A DNA stretch of 32,000 nt from Candidatus Nanosynbacter lyticus (GCF_000803625.1 NZ_CP007496.1:570001-602000), one strand, 5' to 3'; counted from the first letter of the stretch, positions 18,022 through 25,877 are shown. The notes: generated by a model not told the origin, from the sequence alone. A program made the numbers and translations.

Positions 18022-18852
18022 TTAATCGTCAACAGGACGACCGTTTTTGAAGTCCTCAATAGCGTTATTGATAATCGCAATCTGCTCACGCGGATTTGCT
18101 ACAAAATGAAATCTATAAGTCGTTTCTTCACCCTCGGTGCTAAGACGAATAGTGCCGTAATTAAATATCGTCTGGATAATCCCCGACTGTCGGAAACTAG
18201 CATCCTCAATACTACCCAGGCTCACCGTCTGCTCACGTCGAGAAAACAGGCTTTCTTGGATTTCCTGAATGACACTTTCATTAGTCATGAAGAATTGATT
18301 CTGTAGATATATCCATAGAGATACCGCGCCGCCAAGCACTACAAGACCAATAAGCAGCATCGCTACACCAAAAATATCAGTGACGGAAGGCATAATTGGC
18401 AGGATTGAATCGCGAGCAATTGACGGATAAAACAGCACGAATATCATAATTATCACTACCAAAAAAATTGAAACTATCGCTGGAATCAACATGCCAATTG
18501 GATGACGCTTAATATCTAAAATTACGTACTCACCCTCGCTTAAATTAAGATTTGGATATTGCTGAACTGACTTTTCATGTTTCTTTTTCAGCTCATCGCT
18601 AATAGTAAAAGGCTTTGGATCAATCTCGCGCGCTACATGCACAACTTGCGGCTCATTAGCGTATTGACTGCGCAATCGCGGATCAAAATTCTCCCCATCA
18701 ATAATTCCTGGACGCGTCGTTACATGAGAGTTTGTTTGCGCCACCACCGGAGCTGGTCTGCCAGTCTGAGGCGGGTGATGATAAAGCGGGCGGCCGTCAG
18801 CATCATAAGCTACTGGCTGCGTCAAATCTTCCGATGGTGTTTGCGGATTCAT
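18022..18852 (-). CDS. Membrane protein with bacterial PH (bPH_2/YdbT-like) domain
   Basis: Pro-rich N-terminus, then GEYVILDIKRHPIGML followed by 2 TM helices, then a PH-like segment (SLGSIEDASFRQSGIIQTIFNYGTIRLST). Confidence 0.65.
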   Translation of the reverse strand: MNPQTPSEDLTQPVAYDADGRPLYHHPPQTGRPAPVVAQTNSHVTTRPGIIDGENFDPRLRSQYANEPQVVHVAREIDPKPFTISDELKKKHEKSVQQYPNLNLSEGEYVILDIKRHPIGMLIPAIVSIFLVVIIMIFVLFYPSIARDSILPIMPSVTDIFGVAMLLIGLVVLGGAVSLWIYLQNQFFMTNESVIQEIQESLFSRREQTVSLGSIEDASFRQSGIIQTIFNYGTIRLSTEGEETTYRFHFVANPREQIAIINNAIEDFKNGRPVDD

Positions 18853-18858
18853 GACAAT

Positions 18859-18867
18859 ATTATAACA
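18859..18867 (-). promoter_or_regulatory. Extended -10 (TGTTATAAT), 6 nt before the ATG at 18852 (leaderless candidate)
   Basis: Reverse complement TGTTATAAT-attgtc-ATG. Confidence 0.55.
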
Positions 18868-18907
18868 TACCCTCTTCGGTATATTCGACTTAACTAATCT
18901 AATAATT

Positions 18908-19909
18908 TTACCTATTTTTCAGATGTCGCTTTGCTTTAACGGTAACTCGCCGACCACGTGGCGTACGCTCAATGAAGCCAATTTGCAGCAAATACGGCTC
19001 GTAAAAATCCTCAATCGTCGTCGCTTCGTCACCAGTCAGAGCGGCAATGGTCGTTAGCCCCACGGGATTATCACCATAATTTTCCAGGATTGATTGCAGT
19101 AAATTACGGTCAGCTGGGTCTAATCCCAGCTCGTCTACTTCCAACATTTCCAAGGCGCTCGCTGTTGTTTTTACATCAATTATGCCATCGCCGTTCACAT
19201 CGGCATAATCGCGTACGCGCTTGAGCAGACGGTTGGCGATGCGCGGCGTCAAGCGAGCCCGCGTCGACAACAAGTTCGCTGCTTCATGCCGAATCGATGA
19301 CTCCAGGATGGCTGCACTCCGCGTCACAATTTTAGCGATGTCCTCTGGCTCATAAAATTCCAATCGATAAATATGTCCAAATCGATCACGCAGCGGCGCT
19401 GCCAGACTACCCGTCCGCGTTGTTGCGCCGATGACCGTAAATCGCGGCAGATCTAACCGAATCGACCGAGCCGCCGGCCCTTTGCCGATGACGATATCCA
19501 GCTTGAAATCTTCCATGGCCGAATATAAAATCTCTTCCACCGCCCGACCGAGCCGATGAATTTCATCAATGAACAAAATATCGCCGTCAGCCAAATTGGT
19601 CAAAATTGACGCCAAATCGCCAGCTTTTTCAATGGCTGGGCCGCTTGTAATACGCAAATTTGTCCCCATCTCATTGGCGATCACCGTCGCCATGGTTGTC
19701 TTACCCAGCCCTGGCGGGCCATAGAGCAACACATGATCCAGTGGCTCACTACGCTTCTTGGCTGCGTCAATCGCCAAGCGTAAGTTGCGCTTCAACCGCT
19801 CCTGACCAACATACTCGCTAAAACTCTGCGGACGTAAACTAACTTCAATCCGCTGCTCCTCGGCATCATCGCTATGTGAGCTAGTGTCGACTATTCTCTC
19901 AATTGCCAT
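18908..19909 (-). CDS. ruvB: Holliday junction branch migration helicase RuvB
   Basis: Walker [16 protein letters not shown], and the sensor/arginine finger region. 333 aa. Confidence 0.95.
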   Translation of the reverse strand: MAIERIVDTSSHSDDAEEQRIEVSLRPQSFSEYVGQERLKRNLRLAIDAAKKRSEPLDHVLLYGPPGLGKTTMATVIANEMGTNLRITSGPAIEKAGDLASILTNLADGDILFIDEIHRLGRAVEEILYSAMEDFKLDIVIGKGPAARSIRLDLPRFTVIGATTRTGSLAAPLRDRFGHIYRLEFYEPEDIAKIVTRSAAILESSIRHEAANLLSTRARLTPRIANRLLKRVRDYADVNGDGIIDVKTTASALEMLEVDELGLDPADRNLLQSILENYGDNPVGLTTIAALTGDEATTIEDFYEPYLLQIGFIERTPRGRRVTVKAKRHLKNR

Positions 19910-19915
19910 ACACTA

Positions 19916-19924
19916 ATTATATCA
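19916..19924 (-). promoter_or_regulatory. Extended -10 (TGATATAAT), 6 nt before the ruvB ATG (leaderless candidate)
   Basis: Reverse complement TGATATAAT-tagtgt-ATG. No SD. Confidence 0.55.
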
Positions 19925-19931
19925 TTTGTAG

Positions 19932-19937
19932 TACAAT
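19932..19937 (+). promoter_or_regulatory. -10 box TACAAT for the structured leader / DUF4352 transcript
   Basis: Places the predicted TSS at about 19943-19944, exactly at the 5' arm of the 14-bp helix. Confidence 0.4.
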
Positions 19938-19942
19938 AGGGG

Positions 19943-20061
19943 TGTCTACATCTAGAGCCAAGCGTTTTGAACGCATTGTTTACGTGCATAATGGGCAGCC
20001 GTTATCGAGCGTAAACTTGCGTTCTAGGTGTAGACAGCCAAATTTAACGGCTGTCCTTTTT
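19943..20061 (+). promoter_or_regulatory. Structured 5' leader or sRNA with intrinsic terminator (attenuator / riboswitch-like)
   Basis: A 14-bp helix pairs 19943-19956 with 20023-20036. An inner helix pairs 19971-19984 with 20010-20022. The terminator stem pairs 20033-20039 with 20049-20055 and is followed by CTTTTT. The apical segment CAGCCGTT (19996-20003) is complementary to the terminator 3' arm AACGGCTG (20046-20053). Confidence 0.5.
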
Positions 20062-20091
20062 GTTGGACGGCACATCTCATAGGAGGGGACG

Positions 20092-20640
20092 ATGAATACA
20101 AGCGAGAAAAAACCAGTTTTTAAAAAGGCTTGGTTTTGGGTAATTATTGTTATCATTGCGATTGGAGCATACAGCGCATCGCAACAGAACAAAGCCACTG
20201 TCGTCAATACAAACAATAATAACGCTACTTCGGAAAATAAACCAACCGAAAAGACCACTTTCAAAGTTGGCGAAACTATCGCTTTTGATGGCAAGGAAGT
20301 AACAATCAAGTCAATTGATCGCAATTGGGACTCTGGCAATCAATTCATTAAAGCTAGCGATGGCAAAGAATATATTAAAGCAAATGTTTCAATCGTTAAC
20401 AAATCAAATAGAGAATTATCTTTCAACACATTTGATTGGAAAGTTGAAGATGCAAACGGTGCCATTGAAGGACCAAGTGGTACAGCCTTCACTGCAAGTG
20501 ATAGCCTGGGGTCTGGCAACTTGGCAGTCAATGGTAAAAAAGAGGGTTCTGTTATTTTTGAGGTTGCAAAAGACTCAAAAATTAAAATTCATTACCAACC
20601 ATCGTTCTGGTCAAATAAGAAAATTATTATTGAACCATAA
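20092..20640 (+). CDS. DUF4352 domain protein, N-terminally membrane-anchored
   Basis: N-terminal TM helix (AWFWVIIVIIAIGAY), an Asn/Thr-rich linker, and an Ig-like DUF4352 pattern (FKVGETIAFDGKEVTIKSI ... EGSVIFEV). SD AGGAGGGG. Confidence 0.75.
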   Translation: MNTSEKKPVFKKAWFWVIIVIIAIGAYSASQQNKATVVNTNNNNATSENKPTEKTTFKVGETIAFDGKEVTIKSIDRNWDSGNQFIKASDGKEYIKANVSIVNKSNRELSFNTFDWKVEDANGAIEGPSGTAFTASDSLGSGNLAVNGKKEGSVIFEVAKDSKIKIHYQPSFWSNKKIIIEP

Positions 20641-20660
20641 AAAATCTAATTAACATTATG

Positions 20661-20690
20661 AGGACGCTATGCCTTTAGCGTCCTTTTCTA
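20661..20690 (+). terminator. Intrinsic terminator after the DUF4352 gene
   Basis: An 8-bp stem pairs AGGACGCT (20661-20668) with AGCGTCCT (20677-20684), followed by TTTTCTATATTT. Confidence 0.7.
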
Positions 20691-20696
20691 TATTTA

Positions 20697-21272
20697 CTAT
20701 CGCTTCAATGCCTCAGTCACCCGCTGTGCTGTTGGCAGATTGACATCAACATTTTCCAGTGCTTTAGTAGCATCAGCCAAAGTGTAGCCTAACGCCATTA
20801 ACGCTTCCAGTGCCTCGTCAGAGGTGTTTAGTTCAGTCTGAACTGGTGCATCCGCTTGGCCATATTGTGTTGGCAGGCCAACTTTATCACTCAAATCAAC
20901 CACCACCCGCTCGGCAGTTTTTTTACCGACGCCAGCAGCTTTTTGCACAAACGCACTGTCGGCGTTAGCAATGGCGTTACGCACCTGCTCCGCGTCGCCG
21001 AGACTAAGAATCGCTAATGCGGCTTTTGGACCAACACCCTGAACCGTGATGAGCATTTCAAACATTTTCTTTGCTGCTAGACTTGAAAAACCAAACAACT
21101 CTTCCGCCTGCTCACGAACATGATGATAGGTATAAAACTTGACATCCTGGTCCAGCACCACCGCGTCAAAATCACCAGCCGCCACGCTAACTTCATAGCC
21201 AACGCCGTGAACGTCAATCACCAATGACCCATTAAATTTCTCGGCAACTTTTCCAAAAACATGTGCAATCAT
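20697..21272 (-). CDS. ruvA: Holliday junction DNA helicase subunit RuvA
   Basis: MIAHVFGKV N-terminus (OB domain) and HhH motifs (LITVQGVGPKAALAIL, VGKKTAERVVVDL). Confidence 0.9.
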   Translation of the reverse strand: MIAHVFGKVAEKFNGSLVIDVHGVGYEVSVAAGDFDAVVLDQDVKFYTYHHVREQAEELFGFSSLAAKKMFEMLITVQGVGPKAALAILSLGDAEQVRNAIANADSAFVQKAAGVGKKTAERVVVDLSDKVGLPTQYGQADAPVQTELNTSDEALEALMALGYTLADATKALENVDVNLPTAQRVTEALKR

Positions 21273-21279
21273 AATTCAA

Positions 21280-21753
21280 TTATACCCGATTCATCGCTGC
21301 GTGGGTAATTGCCGCCGCCAGAGCATCAGCACAATCATCTGGTTTTGGCACATCCTTTAGTCCCAAGTTTAAGCGCACCATTTCCTGGACTTGCTTTTTA
21401 TCAGCCTTGCCATAGCCCGTCAACGTCTGTTTGATCTGTAGCGGCGTATATTCGGCAATCGGCAGCCCTGCCTTTCGGCCCGTCAACATCGCCACGCCAC
21501 GCGCTTCTGCCACGGAAATTGCCGTCGTCACGTTACGCGCAAAAAACAATTTTTCAATCGACATCACATCAGGCTTAGTCTCTGTAATAATCTCCGTCAA
21601 ACTGTCAAAAATCTCCTCCAGCCGCTCATCAATCGGCGTATGAGCTGGTGTTCTGACGACACCCGCAGTGACCAGCTTGAACTTACCGCCCGAAAAATCA
21701 ATCACACCAAAGCCCAAAATACCTGTGCCTGGATCGATACCAATAATTCTCAT
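21280..21753 (-). CDS. ruvC: Crossover junction endodeoxyribonuclease RuvC
   Basis: MRIIGIDPGTGILGFGVI (catalytic Asp) and the C-terminal DDCADALAAAITH motif. Confidence 0.92.
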   Translation of the reverse strand: MRIIGIDPGTGILGFGVIDFSGGKFKLVTAGVVRTPAHTPIDERLEEIFDSLTEIITETKPDVMSIEKLFFARNVTTAISVAEARGVAMLTGRKAGLPIAEYTPLQIKQTLTGYGKADKKQVQEMVRLNLGLKDVPKPDDCADALAAAITHAAMNRV

Positions 21754-21760
21754 GGTATGT

Positions 21761-21769
21761 ATTATAGCA
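21761..21769 (-). promoter_or_regulatory. Extended -10 (TGCTATAAT), 7 nt before the ruvC ATG (leaderless candidate)
   Basis: Reverse complement TGCTATAAT-acatacc-ATG. No SD. Confidence 0.55.
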
Positions 21770-21794
21770 ATGATTTGACTACTCGGTCACTAAC

Positions 21795-23531
21795 TCATCG
21801 CCGCAATCGTCGTATCAATTGCGACAGCTCCCATCGCCACTGCCACGCACCGTAGCCTACCGCCAATAAGCCAACGCCACCAAATACCCACCAACCCCAG
21901 GTCGCGCCAGCAACGCGCTGAACACCCGCTGTCGCTGAACCAACAACTGGTATGCTGGCGGTTTTTATCTTCCGACAACGCCGAGTGGTTGGATTGCGCT
22001 CAAAACCTTCCGGGCAGTCTTTTAGGATATCATCGGCAGCGGCAATTTTCTTACAACGACCAGTTGCTGGGTTGCGAAATTGACCATCAGGACAGGGCTT
22101 CAAGGTTTTAGCAGCAGCCGAGGCAATTGAGCGACAGCGACCAGTTTCCTCACTGCGGTAGTATCCTTCTTTGCATGGCGTTACGGTTTTTGCTGCTTCG
22201 ATTTTCCGACAGCGACGCGTTTCAGGATGCCGATATTGACCAGCTGGACACGGCGCCAACACATCAGACACAGTAGGCGGCGTTGGAATTTTCAAGCATT
22301 TACCCGACTCATTACGCATATAGCCAGCCTGGCAATCTGCATATTCCTTCAACACATTGGCAGCACCCTCAGTCACCGCAAACGTTTGGACCCATTCACC
22401 GTCAAGCAAACTCCAGGAGGCGCCCTTTGGCATTTTGTCATATTCAGTGGCGTCAATTTCCGCGCCAGCCTCGTCCAGGACATACACCTTACCCTTCATT
22501 TTTGGCAATTTTAATTTCGTATGTTTCACCTTAACCGCCCACAACTCGCCAGACTTCAGTTCAATATCACCAAGTACTTCTTGTGAATTATTACTGCTAG
22601 TCTCCAACTTACAGCCAGCTGTCGTGATGGCCTTGTCGCTCACATTCACTAGTTCGATGAACGGCTCGTCAACATGAGAGGCAACTTCATTCAGCTTCAA
22701 ACCTTCACACTTATTCAGTGGTTTTGGTGACTCAGGAGTTTTGCAATGCGGACGTGCGTATGGCGCAACTTCCTGATCATCAGCTGTTTTGTTTGATGAA
22801 AAGTCAGCCAGATTATTTTTCGAATCAACGATGAGCTTACCAGCAAAACAGCGCCAGATAGTTTTGACACCACCAGCTACCGGTGCACCCAAAAATTTCT
22901 TTGCCTCACCCCAGCCAACAACATCGGCAGTTGACCCGTCAGATCGCGACAACACCACTGACCCTTCACCCTGAATCATATTCGGTACCTTATCAAACTT
23001 CACCGCTTTTGTTAGTGTCGGATCATTTGAAATCACCAAAAAGTCATTGGCTAAAATAACCTCATTTTTAAACTCTTTTCCACCAGTCTTTACATCAGCC
23101 TTATAGTGTTCAATTTTCCAACCCGCTAGCTTCACATTACTGTCTGTTGGATTATACAGCTCAATATATTTCTTGTCGGGGCTAACTTTTGAGATCAACA
23201 ATGGCGCTGTTTTTTCGAGTGCTTCGTCAGTTATTGGTGCTGGCTGAGAGATTGGGTGTGCTGGCTCGGCAGCTGGCGGATTAGGTTGTGCTACCGGTTT
23301 TGCAGTTGGTTGCTCGTCAGCTGGGTTTGGCTCTGGTTGGGACGAAGGCGCAGTAGCAGCTGAGTTGGGGCTGGATGGTAATATGTCGTTTGCTGGTGTC
23401 TCAGTCGTCTGTGATATGTCACCGCCAGATGCCGCCTCAGCTCCCGCATTAGCAACCGCCAAAACTGACGGCGACGGCATGATCAATGCCGCGATTAGTG
23501 TCATAAGTAGTGTGTTACGCAAATATTTCAT
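21795..23531 (-). CDS. Secreted, C-terminally anchored protein with two lamin-tail-like (LTD) domains and five basic two-Cys repeats
   Basis: Signal peptide, P/A/Q-rich spacer, LTD-like motifs (YIELYNPTDSNVKLAGWKI; FIELVNVSDKAITTAGCKL), five C-x12/13-C repeats (aa 400-522), a TM helix and an RRLRR tail. SD AAGGAG. Confidence 0.7.
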   Translation of the reverse strand: MKYLRNTLLMTLIAALIMPSPSVLAVANAGAEAASGGDISQTTETPANDILPSSPNSAATAPSSQPEPNPADEQPTAKPVAQPNPPAAEPAHPISQPAPITDEALEKTAPLLISKVSPDKKYIELYNPTDSNVKLAGWKIEHYKADVKTGGKEFKNEVILANDFLVISNDPTLTKAVKFDKVPNMIQGEGSVVLSRSDGSTADVVGWGEAKKFLGAPVAGGVKTIWRCFAGKLIVDSKNNLADFSSNKTADDQEVAPYARPHCKTPESPKPLNKCEGLKLNEVASHVDEPFIELVNVSDKAITTAGCKLETSSNNSQEVLGDIELKSGELWAVKVKHTKLKLPKMKGKVYVLDEAGAEIDATEYDKMPKGASWSLLDGEWVQTFAVTEGAANVLKEYADCQAGYMRNESGKCLKIPTPPTVSDVLAPCPAGQYRHPETRRCRKIEAAKTVTPCKEGYYRSEETGRCRSIASAAAKTLKPCPDGQFRNPATGRCKKIAAADDILKDCPEGFERNPTTRRCRKIKTASIPVVGSATAGVQRVAGATWGWWVFGGVGLLAVGYGAWQWRWELSQLIRRLRR

Positions 23532-23583
23532 GCTCGCTCCTTGCTTATGGTTAACTAACTCTTAGTGTAGCGTACTTTTCGCC

Positions 23584-23612
23584 AAAATAAAAACCACTCC
23601 AAAAAAGGAGCG
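23584..23612 (-). terminator. Intrinsic terminator after yebC
   Basis: Minus-strand hairpin CGCUCC-UUUUUU-GGAGUG, followed by GUUUUUAUUUU. Confidence 0.65.
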
Positions 23613-23632
23613 ATTTTTTCTGACATTAATTT

Positions 23633-24349
23633 TTATTCCGCAGTAATATCGGCATTGGTGTGTACATTCACCACATCATCCAGGTCATCCAGTGCATCAA
23701 TAACTTTCATTAATTTCTGTGCGGTTTCTGAATCTGCAATCTCAATTGGCGTATTAACAATATAGCGCAGCTCGGCGTCTTTTACTTTCAATCCCTGCTC
23801 GACCAATTTATTCCTAACACTCGCCAAATCCTTCAACTCCGTGTAAATAATGATTTCGCCGTCTTCTTCGACCGCATCTTCAGCGCCAGCATCCAGCACT
23901 TGCAGGAGCAATTCCTCGCCCGTGCCTTCCACAGTGATTACCCCCTTGCGGGTAAACTGAAACGCCACACTGCCGGCGTCAGCGATTCGCCCGCCGTTTT
24001 TCACCAACGCCGTTTTTACTTCTGGCAAGGTGCGATTACGATTATCGGTCGCTGTTTCAATGATAATGCCGACGCCGCCCGGGCCGTAACCTTCATAGGT
24101 AATTTCCTCCAGTGCCGCCGCGCTCTTATCCGCCACGCGGTCGATTGCTCGCTGAATGTTAGAACTTGGCATGTTGGCCGCCTTAGCTTTTTCAATCGCC
24201 ATCGCCAAACTTGAGTTTAAGGATGGGTCTGTACCGCCACGTGCTGCAATCGCAATTTGATTACCCAACTTCGTGAAAATCGCGCCACGCTTTGCATCAA
24301 CAACTGCCTTCTGCCGGTGCGTCGTTGCCCATTTACTATGTCCTGACAT
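23633..24349 (-). CDS. yebC: YebC/PmpR family DNA-binding regulatory protein
   Basis: Diagnostic N-terminus MSGHSKWATTHRQKAVVDAKRGAIFTKL. 238 aa. SD AGGAGA. Confidence 0.92.
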   Translation of the reverse strand: MSGHSKWATTHRQKAVVDAKRGAIFTKLGNQIAIAARGGTDPSLNSSLAMAIEKAKAANMPSSNIQRAIDRVADKSAAALEEITYEGYGPGGVGIIIETATDNRNRTLPEVKTALVKNGGRIADAGSVAFQFTRKGVITVEGTGEELLLQVLDAGAEDAVEEDGEIIIYTELKDLASVRNKLVEQGLKVKDAELRYIVNTPIEIADSETAQKLMKVIDALDDLDDVVNVHTNADITAE

Positions 24350-24396
24350 ACACTTCTCCTACCGTTTATCTATATTCAATCTGTTACTATTATACA

Positions 24397-25848
24397 CTAC
24401 TCAACAATATTTACCTTGCCAAGGTTTAGCTTGGTCTGCTTTTTCATCCACAACATGGCGCCAATCATCACCGCATACATCAAACCGCACTGCCACCAAG
24501 TAATATTTACTTCCATCTGCGCCCACTCCAGGCCGGCTAGCCAGTTGGCCGCCTGAATCATATAACCCAGCAGCCAGGTTGTCGGCAGGGCAATGGCCGC
24601 GCCAATCATCGGCACCATCGCCAGCACGCCTGACGCAAACGTCAGCAGCATCGCCAGCGGCACGAACGGCAAAATTAGCATATTAGCGATCAATGCTACA
24701 TTACTAACCACACCAAAGCTCATCATCAACAGTGGCAGTGTTACAATCTGTGCTGACAGCGTCTCAACCAGAATTTGCCGAAACGCACCAGGTTCTTTAT
24801 CGCCAAAGAAATACTTGTGCAGCAGCGGTGCCAGAATGATCACGCCCGTAAACGACGCAAAGCTCAGTTGCCAGCCCAAATCACCCCAGCCAAATTGCGG
24901 ATTGACCATCAGCGTAATCGCCGCCGAGACTGGCAGCAGCACCAGCGGATGAATCGTCCGCCCATAATACCAGACTGCCAAACTGAGTCCCGCCACCAGA
25001 CCAGCCCGCGACATGCTCGGACTCAAGCCTGTTACCGCCATAAAGCCAATAATCATCGTTGCCGCACTGAGCATTGCCAGATATTTTGACCGCTTGGCAA
25101 ATAACCGCCGCGCCAGGCGCACCAAAATTGTCAAATTGTAACCGCTAGCCACCACAATGTGCGTCAGTCCAGCAATCTTCAAATTATCGCTCAGCTCCGT
25201 CGGCATGGCTCGCCGTAACCCCAACAAAAATCCCAAACCCAGCGCTGACTCAGACTCTGTAATATGTTTGCGCACCCGCTCAGCAAACCAATCGCGCGCC
25301 CCAACCGCCACGTCACCAGGCACTGGACGCTCGACTCTAATGATTTTCGCCCGATACATACTCGCCGAAAAAGCGCCAAATCCGGTCGTTAATTTTCCTT
25401 GAGCTTGAACGATGTCGCTGCGTTTAATGGGACGCTTATCAGCCGTCACTACCCATAGTTGTCCTGCCAATTTCTCGCCATTGATCCGTAAATTACTCAA
25501 TCGCAACACCGTTTGCCCTTTCTTATCAATGTCGGGGTCTTCCAAAACACGACCTTGAATAGCGGCAGTTTTACCAATCAGCGAATCGTACACCTCCAAA
25601 CCGGCTCGACCCAGCTCACCACGCCACATCCCCGCCAAACCGCCAGAAATAATTGCAACAATCATCAGCACTCGCAACCGCCAAGCCATTACCACAGCCA
25701 TCAATCCTAGCCCAACCACCAAAGCCCACGCCTCAAACATCACCAACCGCGGCAAATAATGAATAGTAATGACGCCAACTGTCAGTCCCAAACACCACGC
25801 CGCCACCAACCAAGAAATATGAATTTTCTCAAATAAACGGCTATTCAT
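24397..25848 (-). CDS. comEC: DNA internalisation channel ComEC/Rec2, short form (OB/DUF4131 plus competence domain, no metallo-beta-lactamase domain)
   Basis: 483 aa. N-terminal TM helices plus an OB-like segment (AAIQGRVLEDPDIDKKGQTVLRL), then the polytopic competence domain (GLTHIVVASGYNLTIL). The ORF ends right after the last TM helix. Confidence 0.85.
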   Translation of the reverse strand: MNSRLFEKIHISWLVAAWCLGLTVGVITIHYLPRLVMFEAWALVVGLGLMAVVMAWRLRVLMIVAIISGGLAGMWRGELGRAGLEVYDSLIGKTAAIQGRVLEDPDIDKKGQTVLRLSNLRINGEKLAGQLWVVTADKRPIKRSDIVQAQGKLTTGFGAFSASMYRAKIIRVERPVPGDVAVGARDWFAERVRKHITESESALGLGFLLGLRRAMPTELSDNLKIAGLTHIVVASGYNLTILVRLARRLFAKRSKYLAMLSAATMIIGFMAVTGLSPSMSRAGLVAGLSLAVWYYGRTIHPLVLLPVSAAITLMVNPQFGWGDLGWQLSFASFTGVIILAPLLHKYFFGDKEPGAFRQILVETLSAQIVTLPLLMMSFGVVSNVALIANMLILPFVPLAMLLTFASGVLAMVPMIGAAIALPTTWLLGYMIQAANWLAGLEWAQMEVNITWWQCGLMYAVMIGAMLWMKKQTKLNLGKVNIVE

Positions 25849-25854
25849 ATTTAA

Positions 25855-25860
25855 AGTATA
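25855..25860 (-). promoter_or_regulatory. -10-like TATACT, 6 nt before the comEC ATG
   Basis: Reverse complement TATACT-ttaaat-ATG. No SD. Confidence 0.35.
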
Positions 25861-25877
25861 GCCAGATTATAGATAAG

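Noticed and set aside
19980-20339. 119-aa minus-strand ORF across the structured leader and the DUF4352 N-terminus
   Set aside because: The plus-strand gene has a strong SD, a TM anchor and a recognisable DUF4352 pattern. The minus ORF has no signals and covers an RNA-structure region.
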